A stretch of 64,000 nucleotides of DNA from the human T2T-CHM13v2.0 reference genome, Homo sapiens. The position numbers were made by a program, and so were the translations under genes. Each line of letters opens with the position of its first letter. Positions within the stretch are counted from its first letter, which is position 1. The stretch is taken from the NCBI RefSeq assembly GCF_009914755.1, contig NC_060934.1; one strand, given 5' to 3'. The notes beneath the pieces were generated by a model. That model ran no database searches and was not told where the DNA came from. It was given only the letters and a program-made list of their open reading frames with translations. Below are positions 13,081-27,679 of the stretch, piece after piece.

Positions 13081-16000
13081 CATGTTAAACATTAATACAT
13101 GCCTTGGAAAAATAAAATAATCTTCAAAATAATACATGATCCTCATAAAAATTTGAGAAAAACAGAAAATTGTGATGAAGAAGAGAAATGTATATTAATC
13201 CTCGCTTCATGTGTGTATACAGACACACACACAAATCCTAGCATGGTTGTCTGCTACCTATCAAAATCAGGACTACACTGCACAGCCAAGGGGTACATTT
13301 TAAAACTTACTATTATATTATAAACATAATTATAAAATTGGTTTTGAAAACAAGGTTGTTAATGGCTATACCATATTCCACTTAATAGAAATAACAAAAG
13401 TCGCCCTAATTGCTGGACATAAGTTATCTGTAACTTTTCCCTATTATAAAAGATGCAGTGAGAATCATCCTTGCGCAATCTAGTCCCCGGGCAAGATTCT
13501 TAGGGATTAAATGACTGGATCACATGATAAGAATATTTCAGAGTCCCTTGTACATGCTGCCTAATTGCTTTCCAGAAAGGTTTCCTCCCCCTGAACCTTT
13601 TCAACATTGCTCTTCTTTCTTTTATGAAATCTTCTACCACTAAATCTTGAACAGCTCTCCGAATCATCAAAGAATGGTGCAGTTATGTTTAGTATAAGTT
13701 TATTCTGCAACATATTTTATTGTCATCATTTAAAATTTGCTAATAGATAAGTGGAATATATGTAACTCAGTATTAACTAGAGTACTTAGTAATCCTAATC
13801 TTCTCTTATTCACTAATTCTGGAAACTAATCAATGCATACAGCTTCACGGTAAATAGATTACTACAGTATCACTTATTTTTTATACCAAACTGCACTCCA
13901 TGAGATAGGGAAAGGTGATCTACACATAATAGTAATAATAAGGATGTCAATAATTTGTATTTTAATAATTTAAATAAATAAATAATTTATTTGCATTTGT
14001 ATAGTGAGTATCCAAATCACATTCTCTATTTTATTCTGCTGAGAGCCGTAGGTAGCTCCTGTGGGCAGTGATGGGCTGAGAATTTGGAGGCCTCGCCTCC
14101 AGCCTCCAGGTTGCTTCCTTCATGCTTGGTCAAATTAGGAGCCAGCTCAAGATGATGTGACAGGTCCCCAGCAGATCCGCGTGGAGGTGCAGGATTTTTC
14201 ACCACATACACCAGGATTTGTCTGACTTGGGTCAATGACCCAGCTGTTGAACGGGGAGTAGGCACGTGGGTACAATGTCCTGGCCTCCTCCCAGGCCCCA
14301 CTAGCCACCTTGCAAGTTACCCTGTGTCTCCATGCTCTCTACTCTGTTTTAGTAAGTTTGCCAGACCACTCGCCCAGCAGAGCCCAGGTCTGTCATTCTC
14401 CATCGCCAAAGCCAAGGAAGGGAAAAGCAGAAGTGTCAATCTCATGCAAAGTAATCTATACTTTCTATACGTTTTCAATCAGGCCTCTTGATCCCTGCTT
14501 CCTCTCCTCCGGGGGAACCTGACAAGTCAACTCTGTTTCCTGCTTCCGAGTCTCTCACCTCATCTGCCTCCCCTGTAGACATGCCAGGAGGTCACAGACA
14601 CCTCTCCAAAGAGGCACCCCTTCCTGGAGGGCTGTCCAGAGCAATCGCGCCCACCAGCCCCTGCAGGAAATTGGTGAAACAGAAGCCAGTTTCCTTGTGC
14701 TTTTCTCATTGCTCTGCTTTCTGCAAGTGCGCCTCTGTCCTGGAGAATGAATTAATTCACCAAATGGAAGAATGCTTTTTGCTGGGAGATCAGCTGCTGG
14801 GAGAGGCCATCAGTCAATAATCAATTTAATATAAGTTTGCTGTGGGTTGCAGATATAGCAAGCCCACCCCAGGGTGGCTTCCCTTAGCACCCACTCAGAC
14901 AGGTACAGGCTTCCACCAACAGCTGGAAACAGAGTTGGAGATTTCACTGTTTAGAGACGTGTACTGGATACCCAGAAGGGTGGGAAGGTCATGGTTGCAT
15001 CTGTGTTGTATGCTCACAAACCATCTTTTCCTCTCATCTGTATGAGACAAGCTCAGCCTCTTACTAAGTGCACAATTTCATGATTAAGTGTGCAAAGTCT
15101 AGCGGGGCAAGGATATAGCCGATGCTCCACCAGCCTGGGTCTTAGGTAATTTCCCACTTTTTCTCTGCATTCCAAATTCTCTTTGAAGCTTCTAATGGGC
15201 CAACGTTCAAAGGGTATTTCGATAATTTATGTCTAGCTTTCAGGGCGTAGTGACAAGACTGGAATCAAGATGCCTGTTCACAGTTTATTGAGACATTTGC
15301 TTTTGGTAAAGGTGGTCCGTGATGTCGATTCAATATTGAAAGATGTTCTCCAGTGGGGAGAACCTTCCCTCATTTCCTGCCCACATTTTCATTTATTTCC
15401 TGTCACTTTGACTCTTAGTGATCACTTTCCTCAGGAAGAAAACTTTCCTTGAAAGTGTAAGCTCTGGTACTGTTAAGTTGTACATGATAATCTTCTATTT
15501 GATTTTTGTCAGTTAAACTCGCACCTCAAATGTAGATTTTTACCTTAGGCGACCCTTTTGATTCTTCTTGTAGATTGCACATTTAGCAAAATGCAATGTG
15601 CATATCCTTTTCTTGTAATTATCTGGTTTATACATTCCTTCCTCTTCCCTTAGAAGATCTTGCTTGTAAGATTTCTCTCTCCTGGGTTTCAAGGAGGTGA
15701 GAATTAAACTCCATTCTGTGTTGAGCTGTTGGTGGAGACAATGTTCTCAGGGATATGGGGTTTGATAAGCATCTTCTAGATCTCTCCTTGTTCTTAATCA
15801 GACACAGGTGCAGCCTCCGCCCCATTGGGTCCCAACTGATATGTGGTCGGATGTGAGTGAGGCCCCTTTCTGAGATTCTTGTCCATTCTGTGCCTCTTGT
15901 CAGGCCACGAGGAGGGCCTGCTTCTCTCCTTGGTAGGCAGTGGGCTGAGCTAACCCCTGGCCCAGGTCCTCATCTAGCAGGCTGGATGCCCACCTCAGCT

Positions 16001-16544
16001 CTTATCTTCCCAGGTCTTTAAGATTGAAGCTTGTAGGTCTTGAGTGAGATGCATTTAAGGGGAGAAAATGTTCCAACAGAAGGAGCAAGCGACAGACTCT
16101 TTGTGGTGTAAGTCATGGGAAGTAGCTGGGATGGGACACTAGGCATTCTCCACAGGCCACTTGAGGATTCTGGTTCCTTCCAGGGCTCTCCTGGACTCCC
16201 CTGTCTGCTAGGAACGTGGCCACAGCCCCAGAGATCCATATCCATCCTCTTCACCTTCACACCCCCTGTGGAGCAAATAAGGCTCAGGCAGCTCACCCCC
16301 ATCTTCTTCCCTTGGGGAACAGCTGATAGATTTGCAGAGCCAACTCTTCCCCACCCCTTGTGTTTCTAAATATTGTTTCTGATTCTCATTTCTGATAAGA
16401 GCTTCCCAGATATCAAGGCTGCAGTGGGTTCAGGATTGGCACCTAGGGCCAGGTTTCCTCCCTAACTTGGAATGTGTCCTGAGGCAGATGCAGACCAGAT
16501 TTGGGCTGGGATAAAGGCTGCCTTTGCCAGGCACTTCCTGCTCA

Positions 16545-16665
16545 CCAGGCACTGTGCTGAGAGTTTTCAGGGATTGCCAGTTTGATCCCCCTTGAAATCT
16601 TTGAGGTGTCTCATCTGTGTCTACACACAAGGAAACTGAGTCTCAGAGAACGTGAAGGACTCACC
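16545..16665. mobile_element. MIR fragment
   Basis: 'caggcactgtgctgagagttt...aaggaaactgagtctcagagaacgtgaaggactcacc' resembles the MIR core. Confidence 0.6.
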
Positions 16666-17511
16666 AGTGGGCACTCATGAGTAACCAAGCACTGGGGGCT
16701 GGAACCTAGCATGGCTGCGGTGCCCTGACCTTCATTACCAGGCATGCTGAGCAGCAGACAAGGCCTTGGGGTGAGCTGAAGTCTGCTGATTGAGCACCCA
16801 GGTCAAGCAATGCCCAGAGGGCACTGTGGGGTCGAACACCTGGACAGGCCCATGGCAGAGACTCAAGTAGCCTTTGGACTCTGCCTGGTTCCCTGCAGGA
16901 TCCTACTGAGTCGGGCCCTTCCCTGCCTGCAGGGTCAGGTCCAGTCGCCACTTGCTGGCCCTGTTTCTGCCCCACCCCTGCCCCCAACTGTTTCCTCCTC
17001 CCCTCCCCCTGCCCAGGCACTCACACCTGTCTGCTGTTTTCTGGGGCAGCCCACAATTCCCTTGAAGGCTGCTGTCTCAACTGGAGAAGGGATGCCTAGA
17101 GCAGGGGCCTCTAGGTTGTCTCCAGCCCAGCTTCTGTGTTCCTTCCACATGGGGGACTTACAAGGCCAGCAGTCCCTATACCTGTGGACAGAACTCCTTC
17201 TGCACCCCCACACCCCAGCACCCTCAAGGGGACTGCCTGAGCCCTCTGGGTGCTTGTGGAGTCCACATGCATCTTAACAAGCTGGTCCTTGGGGAGGGGA
17301 AAGGAACTCCTACCAGGTTCTCTTTTCATTTCCTCAAAGGAGCCCTGCTAGTGGCCGGGCTTCTTAACAGCACGGTGACCTTGGATGTCCTTGACCAAGC
17401 TGGCAGCAGGCGATGGGCAGACCACAGAGGGGGTGCTTGGGCAGTGTGGACACAGCTGAAATCCCCAGGGGAGCCTGAGAATGCAGAAGGGGGCCTGAGA
17501 GTGGGGCAACA

Positions 17512-17612
17512 TGCCCACATGCAGTCCATGTGCAAACAGCCATGCACACGTGCACAGGCACACATGGGCACACATGCACATGCTCATGCACACATACACA
17601 CATGGACACACC
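17512..17612 (+). repeat. Degenerate CACATG/CA low-complexity tract
   Basis: Repeated cacatg / gcacac units. Confidence 0.7.
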
Positions 17613-20033
17613 AAGGAATGGCCCAGCTTATGGTCTCATTCTTGGCCTTTTCTTAACAAAACACCCAAAACTATGTTTGGGAAAAGCAAGGACTTCTCTC
17701 TAGGCTACTTGAAATATTCAGACAAGCCCAGGAAGGGTGAATAGGTTTCCCATGACCCCACACATCTGAGGCTTTGGGCAGACCCTCTCAGAAGGCTTAA
17801 CATGGTTGTTTTTAGATCCAAATATCTGGCTGCAGCTCTGGAGACCTGGGCCTGCGCTCATTGAAAGTCCTTCTCTCTTTGTCTTTGAGTCTGGATGTGA
17901 ATCTGGAGCCCTCATTTTCAAACAGACAATCTGAGGCCTGGACAGGGGAAAAAGATTTCCCTGGAAATCACTGTTGAGGGGGCACAGTAGGCTAGACTCA
18001 GGGGCCTGCCCTGGTCTGCCCTGCAGGCAGCCACGGGCATGGCGCTGTCTGCTATAGCCGCTGTCCTTCCTACCTTCCCTGCCTGCCCTCACGGTGCCTC
18101 CTCCCGCTGCATTCGCTGGGATCCATTTGTCCGTCAGTTACAGAAAATCAGTCTATGCTGTTTTAACATCCAAACGGTGGCTCCAAACGAGATTTCAGTT
18201 ACAGCTGAAAATGTAATAAAATAATTCTTCGTGCTGACAGCCCCTGTGTAGGCCATTTGGAAAACATCAAAGGATGAATGCTAAATGTTCATTCCTAATG
18301 CCCGGTTTGCAGAGCATGTCCCAGGATAATCAGCCTTGCCTCTTGCATTGCCAAAGGTGATGGAGAGGAATCCGTAATGGGGCCAAATGAGCTTTCTCCG
18401 GGTGCTGTAGTGATGTGAGGATCTTGGATATCCAGAGTTCATGGCTGATCTGAGAAGAGTCATGGCCATGTTTTTGGAGACAGCTCACTGCAGGCTCTAA
18501 CTGGAGGCACATGTTCCCCCCAGGAGGTGTCCAGGTGGGCTGCAGGCATGGCCTTCCTGCCCTGAGAGCTGGGGGCTTCGGGGATGGGGGGCCTGCAAGT
18601 CATTACTTATACTTCCCTTTTCCAGGCAGTTTGGGTATGGCTGTCCTCTCCTGCCTCTTGGTGCATTTTTGGTATGAGAATGAAGATCTCCTGCGGTTAT
18701 GATTTCCCAGGAACTGGGACAGACACAGCAGGCAAAGCAGATGCATTTCTTTTTCGATGCCATGACTGCTATCTCCGGCCTGAGCTTGGCTTGGTTCCTT
18801 CTGTTGGCTTGTCTCTCCTTCCTTTTCCATTGATCCAGTGCTGTCCTGGAGATCTGGCCTTGCCATCTAGATGACAGCCTTATCCAGGAACCAATGCAGG
18901 ATGCCATCGACCCCACCCTCCAACAGGTCCCAGAGTTGGCCAGCAAACTTAAGCTGGTGGCTGAGCCAAAGACAGAAAGGCCAGACGCCCAGCGATTAGA
19001 CCTGCGTTCATCAGGAAAGCAGTGAGGAGAGTGGATATTAGTAAGATGGACACCATCTTGGGAGAAAAAAAGGAAACACAATGGAATCTAGAAATAATGG
19101 GTCATCGAAGATGTTTTAGCTGAATTGCTCTAAGCAGAGGGTAATAAGGGTGGGTACTGGACACTCGGAAGGAGCAGGAGCTCCGCCCTGGCCTTTCCCA
19201 CAGCTTTGCATGCTGCTCTAAAGTGGAAAATACTGCCCGGTGGACAGCGTTGGCCTGGATGGTCGTTCCTGCGTGCAGATCCCAATCGGGGGGCACACAC
19301 TCACATGTTCTAACCCCAAGAGGACCCAGATGTGATGAAATCCATTAACTCACCATTCCTTTCTGCCCTCTTGGCAGGGAGCAGGTCTTTCTCTGAAAAT
19401 GTGAGCAGACGGCTCTTGGAGAGGCTGTTTAGTCCTGGTTGAGAGAATGCTTTCCTTCCCCCAGGGATTCCTTTTGGAAAAGTCAGAAAGGCCTGAATTG
19501 CTGAAGGAACCCAGATAGCCCAGTCTGGGGCACGGACATTTGGACATTCCCGGACTGAGGCCTGCCTCTCTCCTTGTCTGCCATGCCATATCGCAGCCCA
19601 TAAATGTAAAGAGGGCAGTGTGGGAGGGGGTGCAGGCATTGCAGCTGGCAGGGAACCTCTTCTTCATGCCAGGGATTAGTCGGAGGGTGGAGGCTGCTGT
19701 CCCTGCAGTGAGAGCACAGCTGCAAGTCCCCCCCTCTCTCCCCAGGCAAACTCTGAGCTGTGGGGCTGAGCCGCATAGGGTCTGTGTGGTGTCTGTGTGG
19801 TGTCTGTGCGATGTCCGTCTTCTCACTTAGCGCCCTTCTGGGCCAGTCTCTTATTCTTACATGGAAGTTTTATTTCTTCAGCCAAGATAGGAAGTTTCCT
19901 GAAGACAGCAGTGGCTCTAGAACTGTCTTTTACACTTTGTACAGGATTAAGATGGGGTAAATGCCAGGCTGACCAAGCCACGGAAACCGTGCCCAGCCTG
20001 GCTTCAGAGGCACTGAGAACCCACCTTCAACAA

Positions 20034-20093
20034 AGATGACATCATCACCCGGCCACTGCCCCTGCACAGATGACGTCATCACCTGGCCACCGC
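20034..20093 (+). repeat. Two-copy 34-bp-period duplication containing a CRE palindrome
   Basis: agatgacatcatcacccggccactgc (20034) and agatgacgtcatcacctggccaccgc (20068). Confidence 0.8.
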
Positions 20094-20185
20094 GGCCTGT
20101 GGGGTGCACACAGCTCTGACCACCTTAGCTCTCCTGTGAGCCAGTGGTCAGGCGCAGGATTTTGAAGAACAGAGCACAGGGGAAA

Positions 20186-20650
20186 TGTGTAAGTTTCCTG
20201 AGGCTGTTATAACAAAAAAAGACCACAAACTCGGAGGCTTAAGACAACACGGAAGTGCTATCTTGCAGTTCCGGAGGGCAGAAGCTTGAAATTGGTTTTG
20301 CTGTGTGAAATCAAGGTGGCAGCAGGGCTGTGTTCCCACTGGAGCTCCAGGAGAGAATGCTCCCCTTGCCTCTACTGGCTTCTAGAGGTTGTGGTGTGCC
20401 TGGGCTCCTGGCCCCACACCCCCACCTGTCTCTGTTTCTGTCTTCCCACTGGCTTCTCTGACCCTGACCCTCCTCTGCCTCTGTCTTATCAGGACCCTTG
20501 TGATGACATTGGGCCCATCTAGACCCCCATCACATGAGCATTAACTTAATCACATCTGCAAAGTCCCTTTGGCAATGTAAGAGGACGGGTTTGAGGGATA
20601 GGCTGTCCATGCCTTTTGTGAGGTGGGTGGGGGACATTATTCCTTCTACT
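20186..20650 (-). mobile_element. MLT1-family MaLR solo LTR
   Basis: 'agtttcctgaggctgttataacaaa..gaccacaaactcggaggcttaagacaac...ttaacttaatcacatctgcaaagtccctttggcaatgtaa'. Confidence 0.8.
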
Positions 20651-20750
20651 AATAAGGCAAGAAAATAAGAAAGCAGAACCAAGGGATGGGGTGGTACAAA
20701 GGAAGCAGAGGGTCCTTCCGTGGTCATCCAGAGGCTGAAAGGAGCAGTGA

Positions 20751-21136
<386 letters not shown>

Positions 21137-21180
21137 TGTTAATTCCTTTTGTTTCTTACTCCCAAGTTTGAATTCTGTGC

Positions 21181-21220
21181 CACACACACGCACACACACA
21201 CACACACACGCACACAGACA
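21181..21220 (+). repeat. (CA)n microsatellite, interrupted
   Basis: Direct reading. Confidence 0.9.
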
Positions 21221-21720
21221 CTGAAGAGCATGCTAGTTCTTTCTTCTTCTTTTTTTTCTTTCTTTTTAATTTGGCATTTATTGAAGCTGATGGAGTGAAC
21301 TGGATAAGAACACCCCAGAGTAACTGATGTGCCACTTAAAATATTGAACATCCATTTAGAAAAAAAAAATGGACTGAACATTTGGTCCCATCACAGCCCA
21401 CGTGGTTCTGCCCGCGCACTCTGGGGTCTTAGCCAGAGAGCAAATTCCCCCAACTCCAGCCTTGGAGAGCTGGGCCTGTTTCTCCACTGGAGGAATGGTA
21501 AGTCCCAGAGAACAGGGTCATTAAGCAAAGTTAGTGACAATAAGAGCAAAAGGAAAGTGACAGCAACCAGCAGTTCCCAGGGAGAGGCAGCCAGAGAGCC
21601 TGAGTCCCGTCCTCTTAAAGAGCAGCCGTGCAGGCCTGCCATGGCTCCCAGAAGCCCCCGGTGAGGCCTCGGGTGGGCCCGTGGTCGGGCTGCCTGTGAT
21701 TACGGTGAAGATGTTGAAAG

Positions 21721-21813
21721 ATATTGTAGGATTTTAATGGGAAAATAAGAAATAAACAACATGCTATGTAGGAAACTATTGTTTCCTATTTTCCCATTAA
21801 AATCCTATGATAT
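21721..21813. repeat. Inverted repeat / hairpin with a perfect 21-bp stem
   Basis: taggattttaatgggaaaata (21727-21747) is the exact reverse complement of tattttcccattaaaatccta (21787-21807). Confidence 0.9.
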
Positions 21814-23119
21814 TTTAAGTTTGTTGTGTAACTATGAGATGGCAGGGGTGCACATGTCTTTCTTTTTAGATACTGAGATATAGCATTTCTAGAGAAACTG
21901 ATGCTGGCTTCCTTGGTCATGGATATAGCTTGTGCTACCCTAAGATTGCGTTTTATACTTTTATTTTTGATACTTAGAACAAAACCAATACCTGTTATTC
22001 CATGGAAATGCCTGGTGAATGTAGCTGTTCAGGAGAGAGACTAGTCTCAAGATTTCAGGATAGACCTGGAGTTTCCTAAATTCCCATGACTCAGATGCTG
22101 CAGGGACATGCCTCTAAATCCTTGGAAGCCTGACTTTGGACTTGAATTTCACAGTGGATAAAAACAGGTTTCTGGTGAAGAATCCAATATTTCCTCCTCT
22201 GGTCTGGCTGGAAGCATTTCAAAGGCAGACTTCCAGCTGCTGGTCTTTTGCTCACATTCCCAGCTATAACCTAGAAATGCAGGCCTTCGCCTGTGAATCG
22301 GGCCAGCAAGAACAGGAAGACGTGGGTCAGGCCTTGGAAAGATGAGACTGAGGCAGGATTGCATTGTGCATGGAAAACCAGGCCTGTGGCTCTCATTTCA
22401 CCAAAATGAGACTTTCTGTTGTGGTGGCAGATGAAAGAAAGGCAGGTTGATGGGAGAGTGTCTCGGGAGTGTGTTCCACTACTGGCTGCAAGGGTGGTGC
22501 TGGGTGAGGGGCCTGGGTGGGCAGGGAGACTGCAGGGGCTGGGAAAGTGAGGGGCAGCTAGGACTGGCCAGGAACCTTGGCTCTAGTGAACCCTGCCCTG
22601 CAGTGCACAGATCAGCCTGGCTGCACCAGATAGGGACCTTTGGGCCACCCCCTTCTGACCTGTCTGTCTTCTTTGGGGGTTGACAATTTCTTAGGTTCTC
22701 AATAAGGCCAGAACTTAGAATCCACACTCCTTGCTCCGAGCCATCTTAGAATCATCAGGTCATTGGAGACTTTATTCCTCAATATTCAGTCGGAACTCAA
22801 TAATTTCTCATCATTTTGTTGCCTGATGTATGGCCATATCCAGGATAATCAGGTTGTTTTAGAAGATTTTAATGATTACTAATAAAATATTAGTGCATTG
22901 ATTTTTTGGAAATTCAATCAATGACACCTTTCATCTTAGATATCGAATTTAATGAGTCCAGCAACTAAACTCTCAAGGGAGTAACATGGGTGACCAGTGG
23001 AAAGTTCCAGAAGGTTTAAGCCAATTCTATCAAGACCATCCTAATGCCTGTTTGAGGTCATGGAAGAGGGTCACCTGGAGAGAGCCACCACCTTTTAACC
23101 ATCAAAAATAGTCATTTTC

Positions 23120-23469
<350 letters not shown>

Positions 23470-23663
23470 TCATGGTGCTCACTCTTAAACTCTGGTTTCT
23501 GCCTTGTGCCCCTTCCACACAGGCTATACCATGTTGATCTTTTTAATTCAATATTTTGAATGGGTATCTGACAGTGTTTCACTCACCCAGTTCTTCCTTT
23601 ATTTCTTCAAAGTTCTTTCCTCAAAGTTCTTTCCCTGTTTTCCTGAACTGAGGTGTATGTTAC

Positions 23664-24032
23664 CAATATGGTTTGGTTGTGTCCCCACCCAAATCTCTTC
23701 TTGAATTGTAGTTCCCATAATCTCCATGTATCATGGGAGGGATTAGGTGGAGATAATTGAATCTTGGGGGCAGTATCCCCCATCCAGTTCTTGTGATAGT
23801 GAGTTCTAATGAGATCTGATGGTTTTATAGGGGGCATCCCCCTTTGCTGGGCACTTCTCTCTCCTGCTGCCATTGTGAAGAAGGACGTGTCTGCTTCCCC
23901 TTCTGCCATGATTGTAAGTTTCCTGAAGCCTCCCCAGCCATGCTGAACTGTGAGTCAATTAAACCTCTTTCCTTTATAAATTACCTAGTCTTGGGTCCAT
24001 CTTTATTAGAAGCATGAGAAAGGATTAATGCA
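23664..24032 (+). mobile_element. THE1 (THE1C/D-like) solo LTR
   Basis: 'atatggtttggttgtgtccccacccaaatctc...gtgagtcaattaaacctctttcctttataaattacc...aatgca'; perfect 5-bp TSD gttac. Confidence 0.92.
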
Positions 24033-24165
24033 GTTACTTTCATGGCCTGTGGTTTTCAGCCCTGGCTACACAGCCAATGCACTAATGCTGGGAACTCCCC
24101 CAGACCTGTGAGCAGCATTCTGTTCTGGGGCACAGAATCTTCCAAGAGATTCCATGATGACTTGA

Positions 24166-24521
<356 letters not shown>

Positions 24522-25149
24522 TCTGCAGGTTTTCTTTTATACCTTTCTTAAAATGGGGTTAAGTAAACCAATGCTCAAAAACACATAAAATGTTTTGATT
24601 AGGTCAATAGGCATGTCAAAAAGAAAACTGTTGTCACAATCATAACTTACCCATCAGTGAGCGTGGGCAGGTCTTCCTAGCAGCCCCGGGTGTTTCGCAT
24701 CGTGGCTTGAAGGATTATGAGCAAAGCCTGTCCAATTAACCTTGGAGGAAACGCACCAGTGTTTCCAAGAGCCTTATTTATGTATTTTTAATGCAGGATT
24801 TTATGACCTTTACCTCATATGGGTCCTTAGGAACATTTCCCAGTTATCAGAAAGGATCCATTTGCAAACATTATTTGTGCATAATCCTAAATGACTGAAG
24901 GGTTTCCTCAGTCACTATGTCTTACTAGAGCTGAACATCTGTCTGCTGCAGGCTTTGCCCCCACCCTTCACACTCCACAGCCCGAGTAAGGCTAAAGGCA
25001 AACTTCAAACCACACTAACTAGGAATGAGCACAAGCTCCAGGTGACATCAGCCCAGTGTAATGAAGCTGCACAATGACAACATAGATTCTCACTTCTCGA
25101 CCAGGGAGGTCCCACAGAGTTGATACCTGGGCAGTAGGCCCTTCCCACT

Positions 25150-25310
25150 CACCTGCTGAGGTCTTAGCCAATGGTTCACCTGTCTGAGCTCAGCAACCTC
25201 ACCTCTAACCTGGAGGGAATGACAATGCCTTTTAGGCTTGTTGTGAGGATAAAATGTATTTATGTTGACAAATATCTGGCACAATCCTTGTTCAGCCCTT
25301 AATGTGCAGT
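25150..25310. mobile_element. MIR fragment
   Basis: 'ttcacctgtctgagctcag...gcttgttgtgaggataaaatg'. Confidence 0.55.
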
Positions 25311-25656
25311 GGCTCTCTGCCCTCCCTTCTTCTCTGTTGATACTAGTGACCTGAAGTTATTCCATCACTGTTGGGACTTGGAACCACAGAACCAGGCTGG
25401 GGTCTGTCCACACTGAGCTGATAACTGCTGAGCTCTGTCTTTCCTCAGCCTCTTCCCTTCTGCTGCTTGTTGCCAGTGTTATGCAGAGCACGGTTCCCTA
25501 AATCTGTACAGCAAGCCTCAGGCAGACATTAGAATGGGCACTGCACACGTGAGGACACTGTGGCTGTAAAATGGGGTCACTCTTCACTCTTCATTAGGGT
25601 TTGAACCCAAATCAGACCTAAAATTCCCAGCGTTTTTAGTGGTCTAGGGTGTTCAG

Positions 25657-26068
25657 CATATTAGTTTTCTGTGGCTGTATAGCAAGGGATGGGTGGATTA
25701 GATCAAGAGAAAGGTATTCTCTCCAAATTCTGGAGGCCAGAATCCAAATCAAAGTAGCAGCAAGTTTGGTTCCTCCTGGAAGCTTAGAGGGTAGTCTATC
25801 CCACATCCTTCTTCTAGCTTCTGGTGGCTTCTAGCAATCTTTAGTGTTCCTTGGCTCATAGCTACGTAACTCCCATCTCTGTTTCCATGGTCACGTGGGC
25901 TTCCCTTCTGTGTGTCTCTTTGTCCCAAATCTGCATCTCTTTTCACTTCCTAGGATGCTTACCATTGGATTTAGGGTCCAGCCTAAGTCCAGGTTGATTT
26001 CTTCTCCATATCCTTCACTTAGCCACATCTGCAAAGACCGTTCTCCCAATAGTATTCACAGGTACCAA
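25657..26068 (-). mobile_element. MLT1-family MaLR LTR
   Basis: 'tattagttttctgtggctg...ttctggaggccagaatccaaatcaaag...ttctagcttctggtggc...cacatctgcaaagacc'. Confidence 0.8.
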
Positions 26069-27679
26069 GGCAGTCCCTTGGTCTTTCCTAGTTTCTTGTG
26101 TAATAGAGACTGTAGGAGACCAAACCCGCCCTAAAGAAGAGACCCCCGGAGGAGTGATTAGGCAATGGTGGACAGTCCCTTACCTGGGGTCCCTCTCACC
26201 TGTGGAGCCACCAGGCAGATGGAAGGAGGCAGGGCTGTACCTGTGTCAGGGCCCTTGTGTGCTCTGAGCACCAGACACACTGATTTCTAGCAAGGCTGCT
26301 CCTCTGCTGCATCCCCCACCACCTGATGCCAAGCCACCCATCCACCCTGGTGCTCCCAGCTGTCCTCCTTCCTGGGAGCTGCACCAAGGGAGGTCTTCTG
26401 GGATAAGGGTTCTTTCAAAATGCTCATAGGGCAGAGTCGCACTTTTTTTTTTGGCAGCAAGCACAAATGATCTCTTGCCCCCTTTGATTTTTATGATGAG
26501 CGTGAATTGGGGAAGGCTACATATCAAAGATGGCATTGCTTTATTTTCATAATAGTCATAATATTTCACCACTGCAACATCTCCCACAGTGGGAGAAAAA
26601 TTCAGGGGACATATGCTCAAGTCATTTTCCCTTCCTGATTTTTAACTGGCCAGGTAGACTTTTAAACTGCATTTCCTGTTTTAAAAGCAGTTTTGGATTG
26701 CAGCTAATACGTGAGGGGCAGTTCTTGAAGCTGTTAGTACCTATTCACTGTGGAGCAAATGCTTTCTTCTTCCATTTTCCTCTGGAAATGAGACTGGACT
26801 TGGGTTTTGAATCCTTGTCCATTCTTGGCTAGTCCCTGAAAAGGTGGAATGAAAAGGGCTTTTCACGGGGAGAAGGATCCTATACTATTTTAACAAAAAT
26901 ATAATGTGGGGTTGGCAATTCTATTTGAGGGAACATTTTAAGAGCACTGTTTATTTAGATAATCAGTTCAAACCCTTAAAAAACAATGAATAAGAAAAAG
27001 AGGACGATCTCATAGTTAACAAACTAATTAATAAATAAATACAGAAGAGAAGGCTGCCGGAGCTCAGGCCCCCAAGAGAACTTCAGTGAAAACACGAGCT
27101 CATTGAGGAGACACCGAACTACATCAACGAACGGGGCAGTGGGGGTTTCTGTGTGTGTCCTGTGTTGAGATACGGAGCCTGAGAACTGTGTATGTTTGCA
27201 GCAAAAATTGAAAGTTAAGTCTTAATACCAGAGCTTGGAGCTGATTTTAAAAAAGAAAATCAATGGTAAGCAAGCACGTGGCACCACTGCAGAGCATAAA
27301 TATTGAAGGGCCCAGCAGGACATGCTCCCTGAAGCTACCTACACCAGCAAAGTTCCCCCTGGAGTGCCCAGGGACCTTCATCATCCACCTGACCCATGAC
27401 CCCAGGAAGTCCATGGAGCAGCCCCGTGGTCACTGTTCACAGACCGTGCCCCAAAGTGAGGGCAGCCAAGGGACTCACTCCAGGCCCCCCATCTGCAACA
27501 GACTGTCTCCTGACTCCCTGTCCTCTGGTCCTTCCCAACCACAACACTATCTTTTAGAATGGGCTCGATTTCATCACAATGAACCAGTTCACTTTAGGTC
27601 ACTAAAGAAATGATAGTTTAGGTTATGTGACTTCTCCCTGTTTCAACTGGCCTAATGATATTGTGTAGTCATTCTTATG

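Noticed and set aside
18497-19081. Longest ORF in the track (194 aa, minus strand) and overlapping ORFs at 16.7-19.9 kb
   Set aside because: No recognisable domain, and ORFs overlap in several frames on both strands, as expected by chance in GC-richer DNA.
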